From an uncultured Methanomicrobiales archaeon (GTDB lineage Archaea > Halobacteriota > Methanomicrobia > Methanomicrobiales > Methanospirillaceae): 64,000 nt of DNA. The notes below the pieces were generated by a model. That model did no database searches. It was not told where the DNA came from and saw only the letters and a list, made by a program, of their open reading frames with translations. The translations under genes were made by a program, and so were the position numbers. Within the stretch, counting starts at the first letter, position 1. Each line of letters starts with the position of its first letter. This document shows positions 8,368 to 18,807 of this stretch, one piece after another. The stretch covers positions 1,376,001 through 1,440,000 of the forward strand of contig OY969100.1 in assembly GCA_963697895.1 (NCBI GenBank). The letters are read 5' to 3'.

Positions 8368-11300
8368 TGACCTTTATCCCGGTGACGAGCGTGCTCTTGT
8401 CCGCCCGGAGCGTGACCCCCATGATCCGGTCGGCACCCTCGATCATCGGTTTCCGGAGCGAGACGGTAATGAACTGCGACGTCGTGGCAAGCTCCCTGAT
8501 CATGTGTGCGATCCGCTCGGCATTCGTCCCGTCGAGCGACATATCGATCTCGTCCAGTGCATAGAACGGTGCAGGGATATACTGCTGGATCGAGAAGATG
8601 AAGGCCAGGGTGGTCAGGGATTTCTCCCCGCCGGAGAGCGCGGAGAGGAGGTGGACCGTTTTGTCCCGGGGCTGGACCGCAAACGTCATTCCCCCGGCGA
8701 ACGGGTCTTCTTCATTCTCGAGGACCAGATGTCCGTTCCCGTCCGTGAGCCGGGCAAAAATCTCCCGGAAGTTCCCGTCGATCGCCCTGAATGCGGACAT
8801 GAACGCCTCGTATTTCATCTGTGCATATTTTTCGATCCGCTCGATGATCGTGGCACGTTCCCGGGAGAGGACCTCCTTCTTCCCGGTCCGTTCGGAGACC
8901 CGCTGTTCCACCCGCTCATACTCCTCGATCGCGAGCATGTTGACGGCACCGATCTTCTTCATCGCCAGGGTCGCCTCGAGGATCCGGTCCTCGATCTCCT
9001 GGCTGGTAAGATCGGTGTCGACATCGCCCACCTGTTGGCGGAGCGCCTCGATCTCCTGCGCAAGGGTCTTTTCCCGCTCCTGGAGCGCGGTGATCTGGAG
9101 CTGGATCCGTTCCTTCATGACGTCGTGCTCGAGGATCCGCCGTTCTGATTCCTGGATCTGGCCGGCGACTTCGTCGTGCCGGGCACGGAGACCTTCGAGC
9201 TCTCCCGAGAACTCCTTTTGCCGCTCCTCTATCTGGCCGATCCGTGCCCTGCTCTCCTCGATCTGCTGGCGGGCCGAAACGACCTCCCCTTCGATCTGCT
9301 GGATCAGCGCCTGGATCCGCTCCCGTTCCGCGGATAGTTCCTCGACCCGCTTGGTAAAGTGTTGCCGCTCCCGCTGCAGTTCGGTGATGTCAGACTCCTT
9401 GTTCCGGAGCCGGCGTTCGACATCTTCCGCCTCACGCTTCTTCTTCTCGAGCTGGTCGGAAAGGGCAGGGATGTCGGTCCCTTCCAGCCGTTTCTTGATC
9501 CGCGTGACTTCGTCGGTCAACCGATTGATCTCCGTGGTTTCTTTGTCGAGCTTATCCTCGAGGGCCGCCAGATCCGATGAGCCAGTTTTCACCTCCCCAT
9601 CGAGTAGCTCCAGTGCCCGGTTCAACGACTCCTCTTCGTCCGAGAGCCCTTTGCACTGGCGGTTATATTCTTCGATCATCATGCGGTACCGCTCGATCTG
9701 CTGCTCGATACTCCCGCGTCTGGAACGCTCCGAAGAATTCTCTCCCTGCATCCGCTCTACCGCCGCAGCAAGCTCTTCCACCTCCTGCTGCACGCCCGCG
9801 AGGTGTTCCCGCACCCGGCCGATCTCGTCCCCGACCTCCGCACCGAATCCCCGGACGGTCTTTTTAAAGGAACCGCCGGTCATCGCGCCACTCTTTTCGA
9901 GGAGCTCCCCTTCAAGGGTGACCATCCGGTACCGGCCCATCATCCGCCGGGCCTGGTCGAGACCGGAGAGTACAAGGGTACCGCCGAAGACCACGCCGAA
10001 TGCATCGGTGAAACGGGTATCGAAGGAGAGGAGACGGAGTGCATAATCGACCACCCCGTCCTCCTTCACCTCCGGCAGCTGGATCTTCCGGAGCTTGTTT
10101 AAGGGAAGGAAAGTCGCCCTCCCGAGTTTCTGCTCCTTAAGGAATCCGATCGCACGGGATGCGACCGTGTCGTCCTCGACCACGACGTAGTGCAGTTTTC
10201 CTCCGGCGGCAACATTTAATGCGGTCGTATACTCCGGCGGGGCCTTTCCGAGCTGGGCAATCGTTCCGTGGACACCGTCCATACCGAGGACCGCCTCCAG
10301 AGCGCGGCCACCGGTCTCACCCCGTGCCTGCTGGAGGGCCTCGAGCCGGACGATCTCCTGTTCGAGCCCTTTTTGTTCGCCCCTGGCCCGCTCGAGGGTT
10401 TCACGGTGGGCGAAGAGCTCGCTCTCGAACGCCGAGAGGGAACGGTCGAGTTCCTTATGGTCCCGCTCCAGTCCATGGAGATTCCGTTCGATCTCGTCGA
10501 TCTGCTTCTTCTTCTCAAGCACCGCTCCCGATATTTCCGAAATCCTCTCTTCCATCCGTTCCCGTTCGGAACTCCGCATCCGGCTTTTTTCCAGGAGAAG
10601 ATCCTGCTCGCGGAGGATCGCGGACCGGTCGGCCTTCCGCTCCTCCACCTCCCTGAGAAAAGAAAAGAGTCGTTCCCTGGCGCCTTCGGTGTCTTTGCTC
10701 TCCCGGGTGATCTGGAGTTCCAGCTTCTCCACCTGGGCCCGGACGGTCGCCGCCTCCATCGAGAGGTTGGTCCGGTCGATCGAGAGGTTCCGTATGGCGT
10801 CGGTGCATTCGGTTACGCGGGACTCGGCACGTTTCGCATCCGTGTAGATGCGGTTCATTGCTTCGAGATTTACCTCCTTATCCCGCTGGAAACGAAGAAT
10901 CGCCTGCTCTGACAGTTTGATCGTACTCTTCGTCTCCTCGAGCTCGGCGATCAGTTTCAGGTACTCCGCCCCGCTCTTTTGCTGGATCTGTTGATCGATC
11001 TCCCGGAGGTCTGCCCGGAGATATGAGAGTTCATTCTCCTCGAGGCTCCGGTCGGAGAGAACCCGCTCGCACTCGATCTGTTGATCCGCGACGAGCCGGT
11101 TCAGGCCGGCGAGCTCCCGTTCCTGGTCATGCAGGCGTGCCGCGTTCCGACATGCCTGGAAAAAGGTGAGTTTCTCCTCCCATTGCTGGTAGATGAGTGC
11201 CTGCTCCCGTTCGGTACGGAGCTCGGATAACCGCGTATTCAGTTCCCGGAGGATCAGCTCTTCCCGTTCGATCCGTTCGCGCACTACCTCGAGTTCGGAG

Positions 11301-11800
11301 AGCGCCTGCTCCTTCTTGGAATCAAACTCGGCGACCCCGGCGATCTCATCGATGATCTTCCTTCGCTCAAAATCACTCATCTCGATGATACGGGTGATAT
11401 CCCCCTGCATCACCACGTTATATCCGTGGGGTTTGATCCCGTGCCGGGCGAGGAATTCTATGATCTCGGTCTGCTTGCAGAGGCGGTCGTTCAGATAGTT
11501 ATAACTGTAGTATCCACTGGGCGTCCGGCGGATTCTTCTCCGCATCTTTGTCCCGTCCGAGAAGGTGAGGGAGACCTCGGCAGTATGCTTCCCTGAGTTC
11601 AGGTTGATCAGGTCGGTCAGCTTCTCCGCACGAAGACTCCTCGACCCCGAGAGCGCGAGTACAAAAAGGATACTATCGATGATATTGCTCTTGCCGGAAC
11701 CATTCGGGCCGGAGATGACGGAAAATCCCTCGTAGAAGGGGATTTTGACTTTTTTTACAAATGATTTGAAATTATCGATCTCCAGCTCGGTGATGTACAA
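8360..11800 (-). CDS. smc: Chromosome segregation protein SMC
   Basis: Walker A GPNGSGKSN, long coiled coils, hinge GRATFLPL and GAMTGG, signature LSGGEKS, Walker B YALDE. Confidence 0.98.
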   Translation of the reverse strand: MYITELEIDNFKSFVKKVKIPFYEGFSVISGPNGSGKSNIIDSILFVLALSGSRSLRAEKLTDLINLNSGKHTAEVSLTFSDGTKMRRRIRRTPSGYYSYNYLNDRLCKQTEIIEFLARHGIKPHGYNVVMQGDITRIIEMSDFERRKIIDEIAGVAEFDSKKEQALSELEVVRERIEREELILRELNTRLSELRTEREQALIYQQWEEKLTFFQACRNAARLHDQERELAGLNRLVADQQIECERVLSDRSLEENELSYLRADLREIDQQIQQKSGAEYLKLIAELEETKSTIKLSEQAILRFQRDKEVNLEAMNRIYTDAKRAESRVTECTDAIRNLSIDRTNLSMEAATVRAQVEKLELQITRESKDTEGARERLFSFLREVEERKADRSAILREQDLLLEKSRMRSSERERMEERISEISGAVLEKKKQIDEIERNLHGLERDHKELDRSLSAFESELFAHRETLERARGEQKGLEQEIVRLEALQQARGETGGRALEAVLGMDGVHGTIAQLGKAPPEYTTALNVAAGGKLHYVVVEDDTVASRAIGFLKEQKLGRATFLPLNKLRKIQLPEVKEDGVVDYALRLLSFDTRFTDAFGVVFGGTLVLSGLDQARRMMGRYRMVTLEGELLEKSGAMTGGSFKKTVRGFGAEVGDEIGRVREHLAGVQQEVEELAAAVERMQGENSSERSRRGSIEQQIERYRMMIEEYNRQCKGLSDEEESLNRALELLDGEVKTGSSDLAALEDKLDKETTEINRLTDEVTRIKKRLEGTDIPALSDQLEKKKREAEDVERRLRNKESDITELQRERQHFTKRVEELSAERERIQALIQQIEGEVVSARQQIEESRARIGQIEERQKEFSGELEGLRARHDEVAGQIQESERRILEHDVMKERIQLQITALQEREKTLAQEIEALRQQVGDVDTDLTSQEIEDRILEATLAMKKIGAVNMLAIEEYERVEQRVSERTGKKEVLSRERATIIERIEKYAQMKYEAFMSAFRAIDGNFREIFARLTDGNGHLVLENEEDPFAGGMTFAVQPRDKTVHLLSALSGGEKSLTTLAFIFSIQQYIPAPFYALDEIDMSLDGTNAERIAHMIRELATTSQFITVSLRKPMIEGADRIMGVTLRADKSTLVTGIKVNG

Positions 11801-11812
11801 AGATCAGTTCCC

Positions 11813-12286
11813 CTATTCTTTCTTGGCGGAAGGGCTCTTTTCCTCATCTTCTGCGACGATCAGGTTGTCCTTCCGTTTGGTGTCACCGACACTCCCTTTC
11901 TTCTTTGAATATCCTGCGGATGCGACGACGTACTCGCCCCCGGCCTTTCTCTTCTCCGGTTTCAGCGTCCCGTCGGTCTGCATGATCATCTCCATCGGTT
12001 CTTCCTTCGGTGGTTCCGGCGCCCGTGGTGTGCTCGCGACCGATCCTTTCTTCTGCATCACGACCGTCCCGGACGGGGTCCCTCCCAGGACAGGCTTTAC
12101 CGTCTTGAGCTCCTGACGCCGTTCCTCCGATACCTTGTTGAGGCGCATGGCGATCGACTTGAGGTCCAGCAGTTCCTCCGTCAGGCCCTTTACCAGTGCA
12201 TCCATATCCTTCATCTTCCGCTCCAGTGCGGTAATCCGATCTTCAGGTGTTCCCGGGTTCATATCTTTATCCTTCACAATCTCCAT
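11813..12286 (-). CDS. Hypothetical protein with N-terminal coiled coil, first gene of the smc operon
   Basis: Heptad-like EDRITALERKMKDMDALVKGLTEELLDLK; AAGGAG upstream; 12 bp from smc. Confidence 0.8.
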   Translation of the reverse strand: MEIVKDKDMNPGTPEDRITALERKMKDMDALVKGLTEELLDLKSIAMRLNKVSEERRQELKTVKPVLGGTPSGTVVMQKKGSVASTPRAPEPPKEEPMEMIMQTDGTLKPEKRKAGGEYVVASAGYSKKKGSVGDTKRKDNLIVAEDEEKSPSAKKE

Positions 12287-12609
12287 TCTGTTCTCCTTGT
12301 CAGTGCTCCCATCCGCTGATGTGGATTTCCGGCATCATCCGCCATCATCTGCACTTAATAATCATCATGGGGCGTATCCACATAATAATTGTGTCGCTCC
12401 GGGCAGGAGAGAAACGAACCGCACGTTTTTTTCTATTTTCTTATCCCGCACGGCAAACCCCCGGGAAGCTGTCCGTTCACCTGATCCATTCAACACCGGT
12501 AAAAATCCGCGGCGTACGCATGCATACGGAAAGAGGAAGAAGGGCGGCGTTCCTTCGTACCAAGGGGACGGAGAAAAAGTATTACCTGATCACGACGACT
12601 TTTTAGTAT

Positions 12610-13848
12610 ATGTCCTATCTGGCCGCAACCGATCCGGAAATCGCCGATATCATTGAGAAAGAGCGCCTGCGCCAGCAGAACGGGCTGGAAATGATCGCAT
12701 CGGAGAACCTCGTCTCAAAGGCGGTCCTGGAGGCGATGGGGTCGATCATGACCAACAAATATGCGGAAGGATATCCGGGGAAACGGTACTATGGCGGATG
12801 CGAGTTCTATGATATGGCAGAGAACCTGGCACGGGATCGCCTGAAGCAGCTCTTCGGGGCAGAACATGCCAATGTCCAGCCCCATTCCGGCACCCAGGCA
12901 AATATGGCGGTATATTTCGGGTTCATGAACCTCGGGGAGACCCTGATGAGCATGAAACTCACCGAGGGGGGGCATCTCTCGCACGGATCTCCGGTCAGTT
13001 TCACCGGGCAGTTCTATCGTGTCGTCCAGTACGGGGTCGATCCGGAGACGGAGGTCCTCGATTACGGGGTCATCGAGGAGCAGGCAAGGAAAGAAAAACC
13101 CCGGATCCTGGTCTGCGGTGCCTCGGCATACCCGCGGACGATCGATTTTCGGGCGTTCCAGGAGATTGCCGATGAGGTGGGTGCATACTGCATGGCGGAT
13201 ATCGCCCATATCGCAGGTCTCTGTGCGACCGGTGTACACCCGAACTCGGTCGGGGTGACCAACTTCACCACGACGACCACCCATAAGACCCTCCGGGGAC
13301 CCCGGGGCGGAGCGATCATGTGCAATACCGAATATGCTCCGGCGATCGACAAGGCGGTCTTCCCGGGTATGCAGGGGGGGCCGCTCATGCATACGATCAC
13401 GGCAAAAGCGGTCTGTTTCGAGGAAGCGCTCCGGCCTTCATTCAGGGACTACAATATGCAGATCGTGAAGAACGCGAAAGTTCTCGCGGGGACCCTCCAG
13501 GATGAGGGACTCCGGCTCGTCTCGGGCGGCACCGACAACCACCTCATTCTCCTTGACCTGACCGGACAGGGGATAACCGGGCTTGAAGCGGAGAAGGCGC
13601 TGGGGAAGGCTTGTATCACCGTCAACAAGAATACCATACCGAACGAGACGAAGAGCCCGTTCGTGACGAGCGGGCTCCGTATCGGCACTCCGGCGATCAC
13701 CACCCGGGGCATGAAGGATGCGGAGATGCGCCAGATCGGACGATGGATCGCCCACATCATCAAAAATATCCATGATGACACGGCAATACACCGGATCGGC
13801 AGCGAAGTGCAGGCAATGGCAGGCAGATATCCCCTCTATCCTGAGTGA
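12610..13848 (+). CDS. glyA: Serine hydroxymethyltransferase (bacterial-like type)
   Basis: [45 protein letters not shown]. Confidence 0.98.
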   Translation: MSYLAATDPEIADIIEKERLRQQNGLEMIASENLVSKAVLEAMGSIMTNKYAEGYPGKRYYGGCEFYDMAENLARDRLKQLFGAEHANVQPHSGTQANMAVYFGFMNLGETLMSMKLTEGGHLSHGSPVSFTGQFYRVVQYGVDPETEVLDYGVIEEQARKEKPRILVCGASAYPRTIDFRAFQEIADEVGAYCMADIAHIAGLCATGVHPNSVGVTNFTTTTTHKTLRGPRGGAIMCNTEYAPAIDKAVFPGMQGGPLMHTITAKAVCFEEALRPSFRDYNMQIVKNAKVLAGTLQDEGLRLVSGGTDNHLILLDLTGQGITGLEAEKALGKACITVNKNTIPNETKSPFVTSGLRIGTPAITTRGMKDAEMRQIGRWIAHIIKNIHDDTAIHRIGSEVQAMAGRYPLYPE

Positions 13849-13849
13849 C

Positions 13850-14692
13850 ATGATCCTCGATGGCAGGCAGGTATCGGAACAACGACTGGAACTCCTCGGG
13901 GAAGACATCCGGGAGTCGGGTCTCTATCCCCGGCTGGCGACGCTCATTGTCGGGGAAGACCCGGCATCGGAGATGTACGTCCGGATGAAGCACCGTGCAT
14001 GCGAGCGGGTCGGAATCGGGTCTGTCGCACTCTCCCTTCCGGCAGATGCTTCCACGGCGAAGGTCCTGGAGAAGATCGACTGCCTGAACAGCGATACTGA
14101 CATCCATGGAATACTCGTCCAGCTCCCGCTTCCTCCGCAGGTGGACACCGACCGGGTGATCAGATCGGTGTCCCCGGAAAAAGATGTGGACGGGTTTCAT
14201 CCCTATAACCTGGGTCGCCTCTTCTCCGGCAGGCCGGCATTCGTTCCCGCCACACCCGGAGGGATCATGACCCTCCTGGATGCATATCATATCGCGATTG
14301 CCGGAAAGGAGGCTGTGGTTGTAGGCCGGAGCATCGAGGTAGGTCGTCCCATGGCCGCACTTCTCCTGAACCGGGATGCCACGGTCACGTGCTGCCACAG
14401 CAAGACCCTGGAGCTGGACCGGCATCTCCGGTCAGCAGAGATCCTGGTGAGCGCAGTCGGGAAGGCCGCATTCATCGGACCAGACCAGGTGAGGCCGGGA
14501 GCGATCGTGATCGATGTCGGGATAAGTCACGTTGGAGGAAAACTCTGTGGGGATGTCGATTTTGAACGGGTCCGGACGGTGGCGGGCGCAATCACCCCGG
14601 TGCCCGGCGGAGTTGGACCGATGACCATCGCGACCCTCATGGAAAATACGTATAAGGCCGCACGCTCCTTCTCATGCACCGGTGCACTGTAA
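13850..14692 (+). CDS. folD: Methylenetetrahydrofolate dehydrogenase/cyclohydrolase
   Basis: MILDG start, [34 protein letters not shown]. Confidence 0.97.
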   Translation: MILDGRQVSEQRLELLGEDIRESGLYPRLATLIVGEDPASEMYVRMKHRACERVGIGSVALSLPADASTAKVLEKIDCLNSDTDIHGILVQLPLPPQVDTDRVIRSVSPEKDVDGFHPYNLGRLFSGRPAFVPATPGGIMTLLDAYHIAIAGKEAVVVGRSIEVGRPMAALLLNRDATVTCCHSKTLELDRHLRSAEILVSAVGKAAFIGPDQVRPGAIVIDVGISHVGGKLCGDVDFERVRTVAGAITPVPGGVGPMTIATLMENTYKAARSFSCTGAL

Positions 14693-15486
14693 ATAAGAGA
14701 GTTATCGGGAGGGGATCGCCCCCCCTGGTGATGGGGGTGATCAACTGCAGCCCGGAATCATTCTACAAGGGTTCCTATGTCTCCTCCGATCGCGTCCATG
14801 CCGAGGCGTCCCGCATGGTTGAACAAGGGGCAGAAATCATCGATATCGGTGCGCGGAGCACGGCTCCGGGTGCACCTCCTATCAGCCCGGCGGAAGAAGC
14901 GGAGCGCATGCACCATGCCCTTGCAGAGCTCGACGGGAGCGGGATTACCGTATCGGTAGATACCCTGTACCGGGAAGTGCTCGCGGAATGTCTCTCGCAC
15001 GAAATTCACGCGATCAACGATATCAGTGGGCTGGCCGATCCGGTCTATGCAGAACTCGCTGCTGCTTCCGGTCTTCCCGTGTTCGTCATGGCTTCGCGGT
15101 CGGTCCCGGGGGACGCCAGGAGCCTTGAGGAGACGTTCTCATATCTTTCTCTGGGGGTATCGCGGTGTGAAGGAGCGGGTATCCGGGAGTACGTGCTCGA
15201 CCCAGGAATCGGGCTCTGGACTCTGGAACGGAGCACCGCGTTAGACTGGGAGCTCTGCCGGCATTTTATGGAGTTTGCCCGTTTTGACCGGCCGCTCCTT
15301 GCGGCAGTTTCGCGAAAGACGTTCCTCGGGAACCTGACCGGAAAACCTCCGGAACTGAGGCTGGCCGCAACCCTCGCCCTGACCGCGATCCTTCTGTCGC
15401 AGGGTGCCGATGTTATCCGGACCCACGATGTTGCGGAAACACAGGATGTTATCCGCGTGTATAAAGAAATGGAGCCGCAGAGATGA
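14674..15486 (+). CDS. folP: Dihydropteroate synthase
   Basis: [47 protein letters not shown]. Confidence 0.93.
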   Translation: MHRCTVNKRVIGRGSPPLVMGVINCSPESFYKGSYVSSDRVHAEASRMVEQGAEIIDIGARSTAPGAPPISPAEEAERMHHALAELDGSGITVSVDTLYREVLAECLSHEIHAINDISGLADPVYAELAAASGLPVFVMASRSVPGDARSLEETFSYLSLGVSRCEGAGIREYVLDPGIGLWTLERSTALDWELCRHFMEFARFDRPLLAAVSRKTFLGNLTGKPPELRLAATLALTAILLSQGADVIRTHDVAETQDVIRVYKEMEPQR

Positions 15487-16250
15487 CCGTGGAGTTCTGC
15501 GTTTATGGCATCCGGACCGGTATTATCCGGGAGGGTGATCCGATCGTAACTGCCCTTCTGGAAGGCATCTCACGGTCCGGAGCAGCGGGATTCAGGGACG
15601 GGGATGTCGTGGTGCTCGCCGAGACCGCGGTGGCAACTGCCGAAAGATCGGTCGTCAATCTCGGGTCCGTGGTCCCCGGCGGAGAATCTATCCGGCTCGG
15701 AGAGCGGTATGGCATCGATCCCCGGCTGGTCGAGGTGGTGGCCCGTGAGAGTGATGAGGTGGTCGGCGGGATCCCAGGCCACCTGCTCTGCATGAAAGGC
15801 GGGACGCTCCTCCCCAATGCCGGTGTCGATGTCTCGAACGCCCCTCCGGGCTGCGTGGTCCTCCTCCCGGTCGATCCCGGCCGGAGTGCAGTCGCCATCA
15901 GGAAGGAGATCGCTGCCCGGGCCCACGCACAGGTGGGTGTGATCATCGCGGACAGCAGGACGCACGCGATGCGGTCCGGCTGTTCCGGGGTGGCGATCGG
16001 GTGTGCAGGCATCCCCTCGGTCATCGATGACCGGGGCCGCCCCGACCTGTTTGGAAGGCCGCTCGAGGTGACCAAACAGGCGCTTGCCGACAATATCGCA
16101 TCCGCCGCCGAGATCGTGATGGGAGAGGCGGATGAGTGCACCCCGGCGGCGCTCATCCGTGGGCTCGGTATGCCGATTACGGATGTATCAGGTGTCGAGT
16201 CCATCGATGCGGCAGCATGCCTTTTCATGGGGTTGCTGAAGAAGGACTAA
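15483..16250 (+). CDS. CofE-family (COG1478) gamma-glutamyl ligase, divergent; F420 ligase or folate-associated ligase
   Basis: PNAGVDVSN, GVAIG, DRGRPDLFGRPLEVT, MGEADECTPAALIRG; overlaps the folP stop (ATGA). Confidence 0.85.
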   Translation: MTVEFCVYGIRTGIIREGDPIVTALLEGISRSGAAGFRDGDVVVLAETAVATAERSVVNLGSVVPGGESIRLGERYGIDPRLVEVVARESDEVVGGIPGHLLCMKGGTLLPNAGVDVSNAPPGCVVLLPVDPGRSAVAIRKEIAARAHAQVGVIIADSRTHAMRSGCSGVAIGCAGIPSVIDDRGRPDLFGRPLEVTKQALADNIASAAEIVMGEADECTPAALIRGLGMPITDVSGVESIDAAACLFMGLLKKD

Positions 16251-16545
16251 TCCGTACATCTGCTCCGGACCACTATCTGCGGATGGTGGATAGCCTCCCG
16301 GTTCTATCACGATCGGTCCCCCCATTTTTGTACGTCTGCACTTCGTGGTTTTCCGGTCTTGAAAACAACCTCATGACCTTTTCTTGCTTTTTATGCCGGA
16401 AATGGAAACGCCGAAGGCTCATACCTATTGAAACGACATGTGAAACTGCCTTTGGGCATTCGGGTACAAAATACATGAGATCGAGAAACGATTTTCACGA
16501 GAAAATTCCTTCCCGCCGATGAGTGTCAGGGGGTAAAGGAAATAT

Positions 16546-17022
16546 TTATTTCAATCCCTGGAGGACTGCGATGACCTCCTCGATATCCGGGACACTATGG
16601 ACCGGGTAGACCTTCGTCCAGACCACCTGCTGCTTCTCATCGACGATGATATTTGCCCGCTCTGAGAACCCGTTCGCATCCCGGAATACCCCATACTGGA
16701 TAGCGACCTTGCCATGCGGCCAGAAATCGGCAAGGAGGCGGGTATGGGAGATACCGAGGTGGTCTGCCCATGCCTTCTTGCACGCGACTGAGTCGACGCT
16801 GATCCCGACCGCGACCGTATTTTCGGCATCCAGTCGCTCCCGGTTCTTCTCGAGATCGGTCATCTGTGCCGCACAGGGCCCTGTCCACGCGAGCGGGTGG
16901 AATGAGAGGAGCGTCCGCTTCCCCGAATTTTCCAGAAGATCGAATGTCCGGTCATTCTGGTCCTTGAGCGAAAAATTCTTTGCCGGATCTCCCGGCTGCA
17001 CCATCCGTGGCTGATCCATCAT
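16546..17022 (-). CDS. Peroxiredoxin (AhpC/TSA, AhpE-like)
   Basis: PxxxTxxC motif FHPLAWTGPC, GISVDS, LLADFWPHG, SERA. Confidence 0.92.
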   Translation of the reverse strand: MMDQPRMVQPGDPAKNFSLKDQNDRTFDLLENSGKRTLLSFHPLAWTGPCAAQMTDLEKNRERLDAENTVAVGISVDSVACKKAWADHLGISHTRLLADFWPHGKVAIQYGVFRDANGFSERANIIVDEKQQVVWTKVYPVHSVPDIEEVIAVLQGLK

Positions 17023-17066
17023 CTCACCCTCATTCCGTTCTTCTCGTCTGGGGGATATCTTTTTTT

Positions 17067-17692
17067 TTATCGTGACCGTTCGACACCCACCCGTCCCTTT
17101 TCTATAGCGAGAGCGAAGCCGAGCGATTCAAGATATCTCCGGCTCTCCCCCGTTCCGTGTATGAGGAGCTCGACCAGGTCTTCCCGCTCATCGACATCGG
17201 TGTGGAGCCGGAACGAATCGATCACCTCGAAGGAGAGTCCGGCCTCGTCCGCGATGCGCAGATGTTTCAGGAAACTGGCCCCGTAATAGTCGACCCGGAA
17301 GCGGGATCCATCCGAGAGGTAGATTGCATTCGTTCCTCCCCCCTCCCCGGCCCGATCGCCATATTCTTCTTCGACCGGATGAGCTGGCGGACCGTTGCCG
17401 CCGTGACGAGGGGAAGGTCGGCCATCATTATCAGGATCGGCCCGCGGGTTCCGGCGAGCACCTCGTTGAGCGATTCGTTCAGGCCGGCGGGATGTATCAC
17501 CACCCGTTCGTCTCCCAGATCGAGCGGTTCCGTCCTCAGGACATACGGATCGCACCCGGCTCCCTGCAGTGCCATGAGTACATCCCCAAGCATCGTCCGT
17601 GCGAAGTGCCTCCGTTCCTGCCCGTCAAGGACTCCGGAGAGACGGCTCTTCGGGTTTCCCGTTTTAAACGGGACCACTGCGGGGAGCGACAT
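17067..17692 (-). pseudogene. cofC: Phosphoenolpyruvate/2-phospho-L-lactate guanylyltransferase, split by a frameshift near 17338-17343 (probably a sequencing error)
   Basis: VVPFK...PKSRLS and MADLP in one frame; GGTNA, YYGASFLKH and DVDEREDL in another; adding one G to the G6 run restores PGRGGGTNA. Confidence 0.88.
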
Positions 17693-17817
17693 GATAGGAG
17701 GGTGGAGTGGGGGATGACAAAAAGGAATCGTTCACCCGGGTGAGAAGAGCGGATCGGGAGCTTTCCTGAACTGCAGGATAAGCAACCATATTTCTCGGAT
17801 GGGAGGTAACTCTCTTC

Positions 17818-18807
17818 ATGGATGAGCGGGTCATCACCTTCTCGAGAAATGTCTTTATTCCCCTGACCACGGTCTGCCGGAACCGGTGCCACTACTGCGG
17901 TTTCCGGACCCCGGTGCATGAGGGATGCATCCTGGAGCCGGACCAGGTTCGATCCATACTCAGGGGAGGGGTAAGATCGGGCTGCACCGAGGCGTTATTC
18001 ACCTTCGGGGAACGACCCGGTGACGAACCGGGTTTCTCTCCGCTGCTCTCCCGTCTCGGGTATACGGATATCCTCTCATATTGTTACGATCTCTGCGGGG
18101 ATGCCATTAAAAACGGTCTTCTCCCTCATACCAACGCCGGGGTGCTGTCATACGGGGAGATGGAGCGTCTCCGCGAGGTAAACGCCAGCATGGGGCTGAT
18201 GCTCGAGACGACCGCCTCCGTTCCGGCACATGCAGGCTCCCGGGGGAAGGACCCCTCCGCCCGTATCACCGTGATCGAGGATGCAGGCAGACTCCGCATT
18301 CCTTTCACGACCGGGGTCCTGATCGGGATCGGGGAGACGATGGAGGACCGAGAGGAATCGTTCACCATTATCCGGGATCTTCATCGGAGGTTCCGGCATA
18401 TCCAGGAGGTCATTGTGCAGAATTTTTGTCCCAAACCCGGGACGCTCATGGCCGGCAATCCGGAGATCGACACCGATGAGTTCTGCACCATCATCCGGAT
18501 GGCGCGGGATATTCTCCCGGAGGACGTTTCCGTCCAGATTGCACCGAATCTTGCCGATGCATGCAATCTTATCCCCTGCGGGGTAAACGATCTCGGCGGG
18601 ATATCGCCCCTTACCATCGATTATGTGAACCCGGAACATCCGTGGCCGCAGATGGACCAGCTCCGCGGTATCATCGGCGATCGGGTGCTGCAAGAGCGGC
18701 TCTGTATTTATCCTGAGTTCATCCGGAAGGGATGGTACCCGGAGCAACTGGAACCCCTTATCAGGCACCTCGAACAACAGGTAAGAAACCAGGAAGGATC
18801 TCCGTGA
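17818..18807 (+). CDS. cofG: FO synthase subunit CofG (radical SAM)
   Basis: ITFSRNVFIPLT, CRNRCHYC, LPHTNAG, ASMGLMLE, DYVNPEHPWP. Confidence 0.96.
   Translation: MDERVITFSRNVFIPLTTVCRNRCHYCGFRTPVHEGCILEPDQVRSILRGGVRSGCTEALFTFGERPGDEPGFSPLLSRLGYTDILSYCYDLCGDAIKNGLLPHTNAGVLSYGEMERLREVNASMGLMLETTASVPAHAGSRGKDPSARITVIEDAGRLRIPFTTGVLIGIGETMEDREESFTIIRDLHRRFRHIQEVIVQNFCPKPGTLMAGNPEIDTDEFCTIIRMARDILPEDVSVQIAPNLADACNLIPCGVNDLGGISPLTIDYVNPEHPWPQMDQLRGIIGDRVLQERLCIYPEFIRKGWYPEQLEPLIRHLEQQVRNQEGSP

Noticed and set aside
8598-10046. 482-aa + strand Ser/Arg-rich ORF
   Set aside because: Antisense mirror of the smc coiled-coil codons.
16355-16490. Several GAAAC-ending motifs (ATGGAAAC, ATTGAAAC, GTGAAAC) resembling CRISPR repeat ends
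   Set aside because: Spacing is irregular and too short, with no shared upstream repeat body.
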